DNA of 63,979 nt, filler included, from Barthelona sp. PAP020 (Eukaryota), in the NCBI GenBank assembly GCA_040182905.1. It is 4 parts of 4 records of this genome, joined end to end, with 100 filler letters (N's around TTAATTAATTAA, not from the genome) between each part and the next. Parts side by side here need not be neighbours in the genome. Positions count along the whole stretch, not along the records: positions 17,606 to 35,011 come from JARQWU010000241.1; 3 more parts are not named here. One strand, written 5' to 3'. The notes under the pieces are model-generated. The model did not search any database. It saw only the letters and a list, made by a program, of their open reading frames with translations, and was not told the origin of the DNA. This document shows, one piece after another, positions 21,052-32,210 of the stretch (positions are counted from its first letter, which is position 1; each line of letters opens with the position of its first letter). Made by a program: the position numbers and the translations under genes.

Positions 21052-22386
21052 ATGAGTCAACGTTCTGAGGAGCTGATGGAATATTTAGCTCAAACTACAC
21101 CTTATCATGTTATTGAACATACAAAGAAATTATTGAATGATAATAATTTTGAACAGTTGTTCCTTGATCAACCTTTCAACACTTTAAAACCAGAAACATG
21201 TTATTATATTTGTACTGGCTTTAAATCCATGGTTGCTTTTAAGACTCCAAAAGAATTTAATGATTTGAAATTTGTTGTGAGTACTGGTCACACTGATTCC
21301 CCCTGTTTGAAACTTAAACCTAACGGTATTATCAGTAAGAATGGTTATGCAATGTTAAATTGTTGTGTATATGGTGGTTTGAGAGTTGAAACTATCTTTG
21401 ATCGTGATCTTACTATTAGTGGTGCTGTAACCATTGTAAAAGATAATGAGATGCATTTAATTCCCGTGACTCTGGATACCACTGTTAGAACTCCTTTAAT
21501 TGCCCCTCATTTGGTTTCAAAATTGGAAATTAACAAAGAAAATCATATTAATCCCATTTTATGCCTTGGAGATCAGGGAGAAAGTGAGGCCTATTTTAGT
21601 TTATTGATGTTAAAAGCCATTTTGACTCAAGGTGTTGAATCTACTGAATTCGAAATCGTTGACACGGATTTATTTGTTGTTGAAAAAGCTGAACCTTCCA
21701 TTTCATGTGGATCCTTTGTGTCATCACCTCGAATTGACAATTTAGCATCATGTTTTGCTTCTATTCAAGCGTTAATTAAAGCATCTGTTTGTAATAATAC
21801 CATTCAACTTGTGGCTTTATTTGATCATGAAGAAGTTGGTTCAACATCAAATGAAGGAGCTAACAGTGTTTTGCTGTTAAACATGATGAACAGAATTATT
21901 AAGGCTGTTCCAGAAAATATTCCTGACACCTCTTTTCCTGAGTTTTCTCCTATTGATCCTCATTGTGTTTTTGCAAAATCAATTTTATTATCTGTTGATG
22001 GTGCTCACGCAGTCAATCCAAATTGGTTACAAACTGTTGAGCCTCAACATCTGATCAAACCTGGAAATGGTGTTGTTATAAAGTATAATCAAAATAACAG
22101 ATATACTACTAATTTGATTACAAATTCAATATTAAAGAAGGTGAATGACATGCAAAAAGAGATTCAAATACAGCCTTTTGTTGTAAGAAATGATTCACCA
22201 TGTGGTTCAACAATCGGACCTTCTATGTCTTCAAGTACAGGAATTAGGTGTATTGATTTAGGTATTCCCATGCTTTCAATGCATTCTTCAAGAGAAATGG
22301 CTTTATTAGGGGATATTTTTGATTTACAAAAGTTTATTTACAATTTTTTCCTCAATTTTGAAAATGTACCCAAATTGATTCCTTAA
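21052..22386 (+). CDS. DNPEP: Aspartyl aminopeptidase (peptidase M18)
   Basis: GHTDSP, RIDN, FDHEEVGS, DGAHA, CGSTIGP, SMHSSRE. Confidence 0.93.
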   Translation: MSQRSEELMEYLAQTTPYHVIEHTKKLLNDNNFEQLFLDQPFNTLKPETCYYICTGFKSMVAFKTPKEFNDLKFVVSTGHTDSPCLKLKPNGIISKNGYAMLNCCVYGGLRVETIFDRDLTISGAVTIVKDNEMHLIPVTLDTTVRTPLIAPHLVSKLEINKENHINPILCLGDQGESEAYFSLLMLKAILTQGVESTEFEIVDTDLFVVEKAEPSISCGSFVSSPRIDNLASCFASIQALIKASVCNNTIQLVALFDHEEVGSTSNEGANSVLLLNMMNRIIKAVPENIPDTSFPEFSPIDPHCVFAKSILLSVDGAHAVNPNWLQTVEPQHLIKPGNGVVIKYNQNNRYTTNLITNSILKKVNDMQKEIQIQPFVVRNDSPCGSTIGPSMSSSTGIRCIDLGIPMLSMHSSREMALLGDIFDLQKFIYNFFLNFENVPKLIP

Positions 22387-22615
22387 ATGGTTGTTTTTTG
22401 TAATTTTTTGTGTAAATGGTTTGTAAAAAGCGTTTTTTTATTGAGATTTGAAAATGTCTCTTTAAACCTTTCAAAAGTTGTATTTTACAACAGATCTTTT
22501 AAAATAAAGACAATTCAATTGATATCAAGAAGTCCAATTACCTTTTATTGAAAATCTCTTCACAATAATGGAAGAGGTTCCAAGAAGAGATTTTTTTTGT
22601 TGATAATTTGAAATA

Positions 22616-23158
22616 ATGTCCCAATTTCTTGCAGCCTTCATTGTTTCTCCGGAAAAACCTGTGAATGAATTCCCTTATATTCAAAAATTGATCAATACTG
22701 CTGGTCATGTTGTTAATATTACCTATCCAGCTGGTGAAAATGCCAACGTTTGTATTGTATTGTATGAAGATGAAGAAAGTGTGATTAATGCATTGAGGTA
22801 TGATGGATTTATTCTTGAAAATGATTTTACACTTTATGTTGAAAGAATTAATCGTTTTAGATTACGTGAAAATATTTCTATAGTTGGAAATAAAGTTACC
22901 AGCTCTATTTCAAGTTTCTATTCAAATAATATTGAAACAACTGGCATTCCAGAAAAAGTTGGATCAGTTGCAAAAACTACAGGAACAAAAATATTAGATT
23001 TTGGCAAATTTGTTGGTAATAAAATTTCGGAAACGATTGGTAGCAATCAAAACGAGGAAGAAGAAGAACCACAACAACATCAAGAAGAAGAACAACAACA
23101 ACAACAACAACAACAACAAAATGATCCCACAAATTGTCCACCTCCCCTCATTGAGTAA
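22616..23158 (+). CDS. RRM-like protein with poly-E/poly-Q tail
   Basis: CIVLYEDEESVINALRYDGFIL resembles RRM beta3-alpha2; CAA run near 23092-23118. Confidence 0.6.
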   Translation: MSQFLAAFIVSPEKPVNEFPYIQKLINTAGHVVNITYPAGENANVCIVLYEDEESVINALRYDGFILENDFTLYVERINRFRLRENISIVGNKVTSSISSFYSNNIETTGIPEKVGSVAKTTGTKILDFGKFVGNKISETIGSNQNEEEEEPQQHQEEEQQQQQQQQQNDPTNCPPPLIE

Positions 23159-23378
23159 AATCAGTTGAAGTTAGGAATATGTAAAGAGAAAATTGTTTGT
23201 TTTTCTTTTGAAAAAAACAAAGAAGTGAATGAAAATTTATACAAGTGAAGAAATACCATATCTTTCACTTCTGACATGGATTCAAAACATATGAAGAATC
23301 ATAGAAAGTTGACATTCATTAAAACAATAGCAACTTCAAAAACATTGGTCACACTTATCATCAATAGCAATTTAACAG

Positions 23379-24008
23379 TCATCGAAGTCTCAAATTAGAA
23401 TTGCAACACTCTAATGGCTTTAGATCATGACTTAGCGAAATCCACAAGCAAAAATCGATAGCACCAAATGGGAGATAACTATATTTAGATTCATGACTTT
23501 GCAACGCTTCTTTTATATCTTTAACCATTGATAAACAACCTAAATCCGTCGCTTCATAACCATACTTTCCAGCCAATCGTAATAAATGAAGATCTGGTTT
23601 GACAGACGATTGTATTCCAATATTTCTTGCTAAATGATACTTTGTTGCATTCCCAATAAATGGTAAAATTGTTAAATCATCTACAGTCAACAATTTCTTT
23701 TTTAAATCAGGCCATTTTAAGTGATAAGTAGTATAAACGTTATGAATTGCATTGATTTTTCGTCTGTTCTTGAATATTTTAAACATTTCTTCAACATCAT
23801 TAGCTTTTTCAAATAATAAAGGTGTTAATTTTGATGCGATTCTTCCTTTAAATCCAGAAGCAATCACAACGTATATGTACTCTTGCAAAAAATCATCAAA
23901 ATTGTCAACCAATGTTGTTTTTGAAGCAATCCATTCTAAATCATTATTATGTGTGTTTGTCGTAAACTCGATTGAATCAATAGCAAATTGATAAAGTTCA
24001 GCATTCAT
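23379..24008 (-). CDS. HhH-GPD superfamily DNA glycosylase-like protein
   Basis: HhH motif LTILPFIGNATKYHLARNIG followed by KPDLHLLR (Asp at the catalytic position); ATG at 24008. Confidence 0.65.
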   Translation of the reverse strand: MNAELYQFAIDSIEFTTNTHNNDLEWIASKTTLVDNFDDFLQEYIYVVIASGFKGRIASKLTPLLFEKANDVEEMFKIFKNRRKINAIHNVYTTYHLKWPDLKKKLLTVDDLTILPFIGNATKYHLARNIGIQSSVKPDLHLLRLAGKYGYEATDLGCLSMVKDIKEALQSHESKYSYLPFGAIDFCLWISLSHDLKPLECCNSNLRLR

Positions 24009-24075
24009 TTTAAGAAATCGAATCAATAATAAATTTTCTTTTTTATATAACACTGTACAAATCAACTCAAAATTT

Positions 24076-25020
24076 ATGAGCGATTTTGAAGAAGAAGACG
24101 AAGAAGAATATAATGAAATTACCCCTGAATTTATTGCTGAAGTAGTTTTTAAAAAAGCTTTTACAAAAGAAAGTAGAAACGAATTGATTCAATCATTGTT
24201 AGAATTGGAAGAATTGGATTTATCAAATTGTAAACTGTTTGAAATCGACAATTTAGAAGTTTTTTCCAAACTTAAAATTTTGAACTTATCTAATAACCAT
24301 ATTGAAGAACTAGATAATGTTGAATTTTTAAATTCTTTGGAAGAATTAGATGTTTCTTTCAATGAATTGGAAACTTTGTGTGATTTATCTTTATTAAAAA
24401 ATTTAAAGAAACTTAAACTTAACAACAATGAAGATTTATTTTTGATTGACTTTAATAAGTTGCCCAAATCATTAATAGAATTAGATCTATCAAATACTTT
24501 ATTTACAAAGAATGATCTTCAACCTGAATTCGATATCAAGAGTATTCTTCCAAATATTCAATTTTTTAATGAATTAAGCATAGAAAATAATCAGGCAAAT
24601 GAAGCTTTTGAAATAGATTTTAACCAAAATACAGAAGACATTCAGAAATTAATTTCAAATGCTGTAAGAGAGAAGAAAAAGACTGAAAATACTCCTCAAG
24701 AACAATCATTTGATGAAAAATCACATGTTAATGAAAAAAAAAAAGTTCGCAATGATTTTGAAAAAGAAATTGAACAATTTGTTCAAATGACTTCTAATTC
24801 AATGCATAAAGCTTTTAAAAAGGTTCACAAAGATGCTTTTGAAGATATAAAAGCAACCAAACTTAAATTAGATGAAGAATTTAATAGAGAGATAGAAATG
24901 ACATCTAAAATAACTTCAGATGCAACAAAGCTTGCTTATCAAACCATTGAAAGTAAACTAGAAGAACTTGACAATTCACTTTCATCTTATCCTTCAAACG
25001 ATTTAAACGAGATTGATTAA
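24076..25020 (+). CDS. SDS22-type leucine-rich repeat protein (LRRC46-like) with coiled-coil tail
   Basis: Five LxxLxLSxN repeats; KLPKSLIELDLSN. Confidence 0.8.
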   Translation: MSDFEEEDEEEYNEITPEFIAEVVFKKAFTKESRNELIQSLLELEELDLSNCKLFEIDNLEVFSKLKILNLSNNHIEELDNVEFLNSLEELDVSFNELETLCDLSLLKNLKKLKLNNNEDLFLIDFNKLPKSLIELDLSNTLFTKNDLQPEFDIKSILPNIQFFNELSIENNQANEAFEIDFNQNTEDIQKLISNAVREKKKTENTPQEQSFDEKSHVNEKKKVRNDFEKEIEQFVQMTSNSMHKAFKKVHKDAFEDIKATKLKLDEEFNREIEMTSKITSDATKLAYQTIESKLEELDNSLSSYPSNDLNEID

Positions 25021-25323
25021 TTGAGCTTTTTTCCATTTTATACATGTAAATTTAAACATTTTTATTATTATTGTCAAAAAATGAATTTTTTTTTTGACTT
25101 TTGAATTGAGTGAACCAAATTTCTTTTCAATTTTCACTTTCTAAAATGTAAATGGAGGTTAGTATCTTGTCATTTATATATAATTATAAAAAAATACGGA
25201 ATTTTAAACAATAAACGATGTTAAGTTTAGGCATTAATTCAAAATAAAATCAATTTTTTTTTGTTTTTGCACAAAAATATATTGTTTATAGTTATGGTAC
25301 TTAATTTTTTATATTAATGATTG

Positions 25324-28300
25324 ATGAATTCCTCGAAAATTGAAGTTAAAAAGAAACGATTTTTAATACATGATGATACGTTCAAAGTATTGAGAATTGT
25401 TGTGTCAAATGAAATATATATAGTTGAAATTAGTTATAGTAACAATACTTTTAAGATAATTCGAATAATGAATGATAAAAATGAAAGAGTGACACAATTT
25501 AATTATCTTAAAGGTCATAAATTTTCTTCAATACAGTTAGGTGTTAGTCCAAATTTCATAATTGGCGGTTTGCATGATGGAAGTGTAATTATTTTTGATT
25601 GTCAAGCAGATATGCAATTTCATTTGCCCGCCCCAAAACAAATTAAAAAACAAATACCTGACAGTTCTTGTTGTTTATGGAGGAGTTCAGTTATTGGTTA
25701 TGGTCCTCAATCTTTACATTTAAATGTTAATGGTACTTTGCTATTATATATATCTTATGATGGTCTTGTTTATACATATGATTTCATTGGTGAGCCTATT
25801 TTAGATTTTGCTACGCATTTTGAGCAAGAAAGAGACAATATTGATTCGATCGACAATTATTTAGACCGATGGAAACTGGTTATTGGTTGGCCCATATTTA
25901 ATTTTCATGCAGAAGCATGTTCTATATCATTTTATTTGTGTCCACATCCTATTGATGGAGTAACTTTAAGATCTATTTTTCCTCACAAGCAAGGGGGAGA
26001 TTTATTCATTCGTTGGTTGACGATACCATTAACAAGTCTCACAGCAACTTATGGAGGCACATCATTAGAAAGATCCAGATTAGAATCGGAGTACGAGCTA
26101 TTTCATTGTGAATGTGGGAAACATCGTTTTGGACATTTAAATTTAGGACTGGATCCAAATGAGAAGGTACATACGTTGCTAGACTCGAGCGGTTCTTTGT
26201 GTGTAATTGCCACTCGATCTGGCAAAATCACAATCTTACCGTTTCCTTCCATTTCAATAAATCCAGAAGAATATCTTGAAATTGATTTACACATTAGATT
26301 ACACAGCATCACCTTTTATGGTAGGGATGATTGTTATTTATGCTGTATTTGTGATCAGGAGATTATATTCTTAGGTAGAACGGGTTTTCCAATCTATCAT
26401 TATTCAATTCCATTTGTATATCCAAAGTATGTTTTTGGTAATGTATGTTTTGATGTTGATAACGATTGTATGTTGGTTGTCAATTTAGTTAACGAACAAC
26501 AAAGGGTGTTATTAAGTTTATTTTCGAATATGTTTCAACAGATTGAAAAGTATGAAAAGTTTGAGAAAATTGATAATGTATCGAATGAATTAGACAATGG
26601 ACCTTCGATACTTGCCCTTTCTGATGTTTCTGAAACTGCTTCAGAAATCATTACTTATGTGAATTCTGTAGTAGATCAATTATATTCTGCTTGGGTTTTA
26701 TATTTTAATCATCGAGTAAGTGTTAGATATCCTGAATTACTAGTTAAATTGTTGAAATTCACTGAAAAGTATGCATCTACAGAAGTTGTTGATAAGATCA
26801 TTACTTTATCGAAATATGATGATCATCGACAATCTTTTTCAGCAGTTGTATTAATAATTCGACTTTTTGCTAAGTTTGTTACAAAACAGAATTATGAAGA
26901 TGTTTTATTTTCTGTTTACAAGAGTTCAATTTTTTCAGTTTCAACAAATTATAATCTATTATTTCATTCAAAACATTTGAAACATTTGAAACATTCCAAA
27001 AGTTTTCTAAATAATAATAAAGATAAAGAAGAAGAAGAAGAAGAAGAAGAAGAAGAAAAGAAAAATGTTGATTTCTTTATTGAAGACAAGTTGAATATTT
27101 TGAATTTTTCAAAAATTAATTATTATGTTAACGATTTGTATAAGATATTTCAACTTTTGTTTTTAAGACAACGTTCATTATTAGATTTGATTCTAGCTAA
27201 TAATATTGATAATGCTGCTGTTTCCAATAGCATTGTTAACTCGTTAGGAATTAATGATGATAATCTTGAGAATTCAAACATTTCTTTTTATAATCATGAT
27301 AACAGTAATTCCAGCATTATTCAAGATATTTCTACCAATAATATTGGTGCTAATTCTGTTTTTTCAAATGATGTTTTCTATAACAATGTTATTGACAACA
27401 CAAATCTAAATACTTTTAATAATGAATTATTAACAACAAACACTAATTACAATAATTCTAAAATACATAGTGTTTTGAATAGTGCTCATAGTTCAACCAG
27501 TAATTTAAGTCAAAATTCTAGTTTGAATATCAATAATGCTAACAACATCAATTCAAATGATCTTACCTTTCTATTGAATAATAATGTCAGTATAATTATG
27601 AATAACACTAACAGTATGAATGCTTCTAATTCCATTAATTTCACTAGTAATAACAATAATATTACTAACAATCATTTAAAAACATTTATATACAATGCTA
27701 ATCATAAAAATGGCAACAGTAAAAATAACAATTCTAATGATTATAGTAAGAATAATAATAATGGTAAGAATGGTGTATTTTTATGGATATTTGTTGCCAG
27801 ATCTTTTTTTGAAACAAGTTATTATTGTTCTAATGCACTTGAAATTATGAAATTGGTTTATGAACAATTGTTTGGACATTTAAATCAATGTAGTTCACAA
27901 ACAACTGATTGTGTATGTAAATATTTAGCAATGTTTTTAAAATACACTTGTCAAGTTGTTTCAACATATAAATATTACCATAGAAGTCAATCAGTTATCA
28001 ATAATTTAAAGAAATTCGTTTTATCCTCAGCTAAATACAGATGTTTTGCCAGTGGGAAAGATAAAGATTCAATTAATCTGGATTTATTTCAAGATTTAGA
28101 TCCTTTTATTAAAAAAATGAAATTACCTTTGAAGCAAATCCCCTCACAATTGAGAAAAAAAACGGGTAATCCTTATTATATCAAAAAAATAAGTCTTGAA
28201 CTTTCTGATGATTTATTATTGAAATATTCATTAATTGCTGGTTTGGAAGATTCAAAAATTATTGATATTTTGTTTTATCTAGCAGATTTCCCCAATAAAT

Positions 28301-30576
28301 TTACATTATTTTTAGATATCCTTCAATTACATACACCACCTAAATTCTTTGCTATTCCTTTTGAAAGAAACGAATGTAAAAATATCTTAAAAGAATGGTT
28401 TTTAATCTTAGATCAATATATCTTTAAGATATCTCAAATTATTGAAGAAAGATATAGTTCAACTGATCCTTTAGCCTTATTTCATATTTTTTATTTGACC
28501 TTAAAAGTTTTTCCGAAAATAGAAACACTTTTACAATTAGTTAGATTGAATATTTTAAAACAAACATTTATAAAGACAAATTTTTCTGAAAAATTGGTTC
28601 AAACTTTTAATAACATTGCAAAAATCATTAAAATTTTATTAAAATATCTTCCTTTACCCTTTTTTGATGATTTTAAGATTTCCATGTTAAGAACAAATGT
28701 TGATCAAAAGACGATTTTGATTACCATTGAAAAATTATGTACAAAACTATTCCAATTGATGTCTAACTTAGATTGTGGTGAAAGAGTAGCTAGATTGGCT
28801 TTTTATTTCTTATGTAGAGAACGTATTAAAGAATCAACTGATGGATTTATTGATAGTTCAAAAATTTATCAATTAACAAAATATTGGATAAAAATTCAAA
28901 GTTTTTATGATCTAATACCTTTAAGACTATTGCAAAAAGGTTTAATGGATGTATTTTTAACGGTTGATAAATCAGTGAGATCATTTGATAAGATTAAAGA
29001 ATTGATTACTGAACATTTAAAAAATAACAAGATGTTACCTCATTTAGAAGTTGAATTGAACGATTTATTAATACATTATTCTGTAGATATTGATTTTGGA
29101 AAAAATGATGTTTCATTTGATAATTTACAAGGGTATCAATATGCAATGGTTTTACCTGAACAAACTTATTATTGTGATGGACAGTTTGACTCTCGATTAG
29201 ATGTTGCTTTGTTTAGTTTCTACAAGGATAGCTTTTTTCAGAAATGGATCAATAAAACGTTTGTTGGTTTCAAAGAATTTAGCGCAAATACAAATTCTAC
29301 TGACAATCTCAGTATTTTACATACTAATAATGGTATAAATCAAGAAAGAAGACATAGTCACACACCTTTATCTCTATCAACTCTAAATAATGGAATTCAA
29401 GGAGTTATTTCAATGCAAATTCCTTATAAACATGGTAAAAAAGATCGTAGAACAATATATAATATGCTTACCAATGATAATACAGTTTTAAATTCTAATT
29501 CTAATGGTAATTCCTTGAGTAATCTCCATTCTACTGATACCACTAATAAGACTCCAAATAATATAAATAATAGTGCTTACATAAATGTCAAAAATAAAAA
29601 GCCTTTGATGGATCCGTTATATCAACCATTATCAGAAGAAATATGCCGTGGAAATATGAATTCATTGAACAATGTTGTTTCTTCTGAATTAAATTTACCT
29701 CAATCTTATCAAAGAAATTCAATTTCTCCAGTATTCAATGAGATCATTAGAAATAATAACAATAATACCAACAATCGAAATTATAACAGAATTAAATCCC
29801 CAGCAAATTCCCTTTCCAACGCTGGATCCCCATCAATCAAATCCTTGGAAAAAAATAATCGAAGAATGTCAGTCACTTTCTTAAATTTGGACAAATCAGG
29901 GCGAAAGAATTACATTTCAGAAATGGAAACAATTAAATCTTCCAATTCAAAAATTGAAATTGATGAGAATATTCTTGCTACCTTAAACAATGAAATTAAA
30001 GCAAATCTATCCCTGGATAAAACCAATCAACATTTGGAAATTTTGAATAATTCAAAAAAATTCAAAAAATTCAAAAAATTGAAAGGTTCAAAAAATTCAA
30101 AAAAATCAAAACAATCAGGGACTAAATATTTGATTGAAAAAAAGCCTTCTTTGTTACCATCAAAAGATTTCATCAAGAGAATAAACCCCAATATAAAAGT
30201 GAATTACGTTCCAAGAATTTTCTCTCCTTCAAAGGATGAGTCAGATCAATCAAAAGCTTCTCATATGCCAAAAAAGAGCTTGTTGAATGATTTTACGCCC
30301 CCCATATCATTACTACAAAAATTTTCAGAAGAAAAAGAATCTTCTTTCAATTCTTCAGGATCACAATCATCTGGTTCAGGTTCTTCTTCCATCATTTCTA
30401 AAACAGAAGAAAATTCAGACACATTGATCATGAATTTTGATGAACTTGAAGTTTCAGTTGATGAAAATGATGGTGATAGTTTGGAAGATCATTTGAAGGA
30501 GATTGACAATTTATTAAAGATAAACATAAACACAAAGTTTTTCCCTACTTTTGAAGAAATAAATGTAAATATATGA
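25324..30576 (+). CDS. Large protein with N-terminal beta-propeller and Asn-rich inserts; possible CPLANE1-like
   Basis: 1750-aa ORF; WD-like strands (GLHDGSVIIFD, LHLNVNGTLLLYISYDGLVYTY, DDCYLCC); family call tentative. Confidence 0.65.
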   Translation: MNSSKIEVKKKRFLIHDDTFKVLRIVVSNEIYIVEISYSNNTFKIIRIMNDKNERVTQFNYLKGHKFSSIQLGVSPNFIIGGLHDGSVIIFDCQADMQFHLPAPKQIKKQIPDSSCCLWRSSVIGYGPQSLHLNVNGTLLLYISYDGLVYTYDFIGEPILDFATHFEQERDNIDSIDNYLDRWKLVIGWPIFNFHAEACSISFYLCPHPIDGVTLRSIFPHKQGGDLFIRWLTIPLTSLTATYGGTSLERSRLESEYELFHCECGKHRFGHLNLGLDPNEKVHTLLDSSGSLCVIATRSGKITILPFPSISINPEEYLEIDLHIRLHSITFYGRDDCYLCCICDQEIIFLGRTGFPIYHYSIPFVYPKYVFGNVCFDVDNDCMLVVNLVNEQQRVLLSLFSNMFQQIEKYEKFEKIDNVSNELDNGPSILALSDVSETASEIITYVNSVVDQLYSAWVLYFNHRVSVRYPELLVKLLKFTEKYASTEVVDKIITLSKYDDHRQSFSAVVLIIRLFAKFVTKQNYEDVLFSVYKSSIFSVSTNYNLLFHSKHLKHLKHSKSFLNNNKDKEEEEEEEEEEKKNVDFFIEDKLNILNFSKINYYVNDLYKIFQLLFLRQRSLLDLILANNIDNAAVSNSIVNSLGINDDNLENSNISFYNHDNSNSSIIQDISTNNIGANSVFSNDVFYNNVIDNTNLNTFNNELLTTNTNYNNSKIHSVLNSAHSSTSNLSQNSSLNINNANNINSNDLTFLLNNNVSIIMNNTNSMNASNSINFTSNNNNITNNHLKTFIYNANHKNGNSKNNNSNDYSKNNNNGKNGVFLWIFVARSFFETSYYCSNALEIMKLVYEQLFGHLNQCSSQTTDCVCKYLAMFLKYTCQVVSTYKYYHRSQSVINNLKKFVLSSAKYRCFASGKDKDSINLDLFQDLDPFIKKMKLPLKQIPSQLRKKTGNPYYIKKISLELSDDLLLKYSLIAGLEDSKIIDILFYLADFPNKFTLFLDILQLHTPPKFFAIPFERNECKNILKEWFLILDQYIFKISQIIEERYSSTDPLALFHIFYLTLKVFPKIETLLQLVRLNILKQTFIKTNFSEKLVQTFNNIAKIIKILLKYLPLPFFDDFKISMLRTNVDQKTILITIEKLCTKLFQLMSNLDCGERVARLAFYFLCRERIKESTDGFIDSSKIYQLTKYWIKIQSFYDLIPLRLLQKGLMDVFLTVDKSVRSFDKIKELITEHLKNNKMLPHLEVELNDLLIHYSVDIDFGKNDVSFDNLQGYQYAMVLPEQTYYCDGQFDSRLDVALFSFYKDSFFQKWINKTFVGFKEFSANTNSTDNLSILHTNNGINQERRHSHTPLSLSTLNNGIQGVISMQIPYKHGKKDRRTIYNMLTNDNTVLNSNSNGNSLSNLHSTDTTNKTPNNINNSAYINVKNKKPLMDPLYQPLSEEICRGNMNSLNNVVSSELNLPQSYQRNSISPVFNEIIRNNNNNTNNRNYNRIKSPANSLSNAGSPSIKSLEKNNRRMSVTFLNLDKSGRKNYISEMETIKSSNSKIEIDENILATLNNEIKANLSLDKTNQHLEILNNSKKFKKFKKLKGSKNSKKSKQSGTKYLIEKKPSLLPSKDFIKRINPNIKVNYVPRIFSPSKDESDQSKASHMPKKSLLNDFTPPISLLQKFSEEKESSFNSSGSQSSGSGSSSIISKTEENSDTLIMNFDELEVSVDENDGDSLEDHLKEIDNLLKININTKFFPTFEEINVNI

Positions 30577-30823
30577 AATGAAAAAAGAAAAGAATTTTTT
30601 TATTGACGCTTCCAGTGTTTGAGTGTTAAATTTTTAAGTATCAATTGAAAATAACTAAAAAAGAAGGAACAAGAGTACAAAGAACATATGGATTCAAAGT
30701 TTACAGTTAATGGTATCTTCTCTTTTGCTCTTTAAAAGCAATAAAGTTCACTAATAACTTGAAATAGATGTAACTATGTTGACTTAATGCATTGTAAAAG
30801 ACAAAAAAAAAATACAAAGAAGT

Positions 30824-31918
30824 TTACCAATTGTAGTCATCAGCTTTCTTTAAATATTGTCTCTTATGCTTCAAGGGCATATTAACAGAAACAGCATTAG
30901 ACCAATGTTTATTTTTTTTCAGCATTCCTTTTGTCAAACAACGACTTGGACTTTGTAAAGCATTGGATTTCTTTTCGTTATATTCTAATTCTCTGCTGGA
31001 ATTATCTTTCAAATAATGTTTTGGCATAAAATTGGTAAAGGACGGCAGAAAATCTTCCTTTTTAGAAACTTCAGCTTCAACTCTTAAAAATTCAATGGTT
31101 GGTTGGACAATTTCCTTTCTAGGATCTTTACTTTTCTCATTTTCAATTATCACTTCTTTTTCATCATTTAACATAGCAACATATTCCTTTAAAGTAATTT
31201 CTCCATGCAAAATTGGACGATTTGGTAAAACAGACCGAGTTTTCAATGATTGTTTTTTTCTTGTAGTTTTATATCTATAACTATCTTTTTTTACATTATT
31301 TGCAGTTATATCTTGAGTTCTATGTCTTTCTCCTTGGGACGATTGAACTCTTCTGGTGTGGTTACGATATTTTGCACTTAACGGCTCATCAAGTGACGAT
31401 AATTCAAAAGGCCTATCAGTAAACTCTTGATTTAATGGCTCTATCTTTTTCATCCAAGCATGTGTCGAAGGTAAACATAAAGGTTTGGATGGTTTAAAAG
31501 ATTTAGTATCCTTCATTGCATCAGATGATATGCGATTTTGGGTTCGTAAAGAATTTATTTGCTTCTTGTCATAACAGGTGTAACTTTTAGGTGTCCTCAC
31601 AACTCTAACATTAATGCTATCAGTTATTGAAGAACCATTAAAATTAACGTTAAAAGGAACAGTGTTATGCATTGGTGTTCCTTCATTAAAATTTATAGGG
31701 ATAGAATTAGCAGTAATAGAACCAGGACTACGTAATTTTGATTTAGGAGAGTTATTATTTGTATTTGTAACTAAATCTTGTTCTAAAATTAATGGAGATA
31801 CAGTTGATAATGCAATATTCATATCTAAAAATGAAGTACCTTTTGATTTCACTTTTGAATTCGTATTATTATGAATAATAAATTGTTTTTGATCTTGCTG
31901 CATTAATTTTTTTTTCAT
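30824..31918 (-). CDS. Hypothetical basic low-complexity protein
   Basis: 364-aa ATG ORF; no domain recognised. Confidence 0.65.
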   Translation of the reverse strand: MKKKLMQQDQKQFIIHNNTNSKVKSKGTSFLDMNIALSTVSPLILEQDLVTNTNNNSPKSKLRSPGSITANSIPINFNEGTPMHNTVPFNVNFNGSSITDSINVRVVRTPKSYTCYDKKQINSLRTQNRISSDAMKDTKSFKPSKPLCLPSTHAWMKKIEPLNQEFTDRPFELSSLDEPLSAKYRNHTRRVQSSQGERHRTQDITANNVKKDSYRYKTTRKKQSLKTRSVLPNRPILHGEITLKEYVAMLNDEKEVIIENEKSKDPRKEIVQPTIEFLRVEAEVSKKEDFLPSFTNFMPKHYLKDNSSRELEYNEKKSNALQSPSRCLTKGMLKKNKHWSNAVSVNMPLKHKRQYLKKADDYNW

Positions 31919-32210
31919 AAATTTAAATAATTATCATTATTTGTCGATAAAAAAAAATTCTACTGTTTTTAATATAGATTTTGATTTTCAAAAGGAAGAA
32001 ACCAATAGAAAACCCTATTATTTGTTTTATTTTAATTTTAATTGTTATTTTAGTTGAATAATCCTTTTTAAATACAAGCCTGTTAACTGAAATGGAATTT
32101 AAATTTTTTTTTTTTCTTCAATATCAACAAAACAAAATAAAAACAATAATTACAATTATATTTATAACAAAAAGATAAAATATTAACTTTTAAATCTTAA
32201 TTTTTAATTT

